32,947 nt of DNA, taken from contig JYFJ02004325.1 in the NCBI GenBank assembly GCA_000934665.2, positions 1 through 32,947 of the forward strand, written 5' to 3'. The notes beneath the pieces are model-generated. The model did not search any database. It saw nothing but the letters and a program-made list of their open reading frames with translations, and was not told the DNA's origin. Shown here one piece after another: positions 32,379-32,947 of the stretch. Source of the DNA: Catajapyx aquilonaris. Its lineage: Eukaryota. Within the stretch, counting starts at the first letter, position 1. The number at the start of each line of letters is the position of its first letter. The translations under genes were made by a program, and so were the position numbers.

Positions 32379-32947
32379 TATAACCCTATGCAACAAAAAT
32401 CAATTATTTTCCTGCCCATGAATATTCATCGTTATTTTCATGTTCCTTAGGTCACTTGTAACTCATAATGACCATTCATTTTGTCTGGCATTTGTTTTTG
32501 ACCTCATGGCAGTCAAAAAACCAAAATTCTGCAAAATGTATGGGTCATTCCGAAGCAAGTGGGCCGAAATGTTGATATAGACCGTCTCGGATTTTGCTGA
32601 AAATTCTACCTGACCACTTTCCGACCAAATTTTTCCTATTTCGACCAAAATTCATAGGTCTGTACTGCTAGGCGTCATACAGTATGTAAGGAACCGAGAT
32701 TTTATCTCCCCGTGACACATGGTTGCGAAACTACAGGGTGTGTATATTGCGATTTTTCACTCATTTTACTCTATCAGTGCTTGGAATAGAGGCTCGTAAC
32801 TTGGATTCACGTTAGGAGCAATTCCATATGTTACACCCCACACATCGCATACAATTTTTGAACTTTGACGCAAGATTTAAATGGGAAAACGGGGGTTTCA
32901 AGTCATGACTTTCACAGGGCATTTAGTAGACAAGTGCAGCTGTCGAG

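Overview
Eukaryotic (compact-intron invertebrate, most likely arthropod; inference only) genomic DNA dominated by a head-to-tail tandem array, all on the minus strand, of one multi-exon class A (rhodopsin-like) GPCR family that resembles Tre1/moody/GPR84-type orphan receptors. By walking GT..AG boundaries I reconstruct a conserved 5-coding-exon structure (467/115/176/216/variable nt; intron phases 2,0,2,2). Copies are named G1-G13 from left to right. Six look intact (G4, G7, G9, G10, G12, G13; 352-371 aa), one has an intact 7TM with a frameshifted tail (G3), and the rest are frameshifted, truncated or chimeric pseudogenes plus orphan start-codon/promoter stubs. The receptors have a 4-Cys N-terminal segment and strongly degenerate activation motifs (DRY->SRT/SRA, CWxP->TTLP, NPxxY->NVFLY), show patchy hypervariability in TM2-TM3 and mosaic relationships, consistent with a birth-and-death (possibly chemosensory) family. 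Notable events: a precise intron loss in G2, a fold-back inversion giving a perfect 30-bp inverted repeat of the shared 5' leader, a C-terminus recruited from a neighbouring pseudo-exon, and stop-free in-frame introns. Intergenic DNA holds tRNA-derived SINEs, Tc1/mariner-, hAT-, Harbinger- and piggyBac-like MITEs, and short retroposed inserts with target-site duplications. No database searches were possible; family assignments rest on motif recognition.
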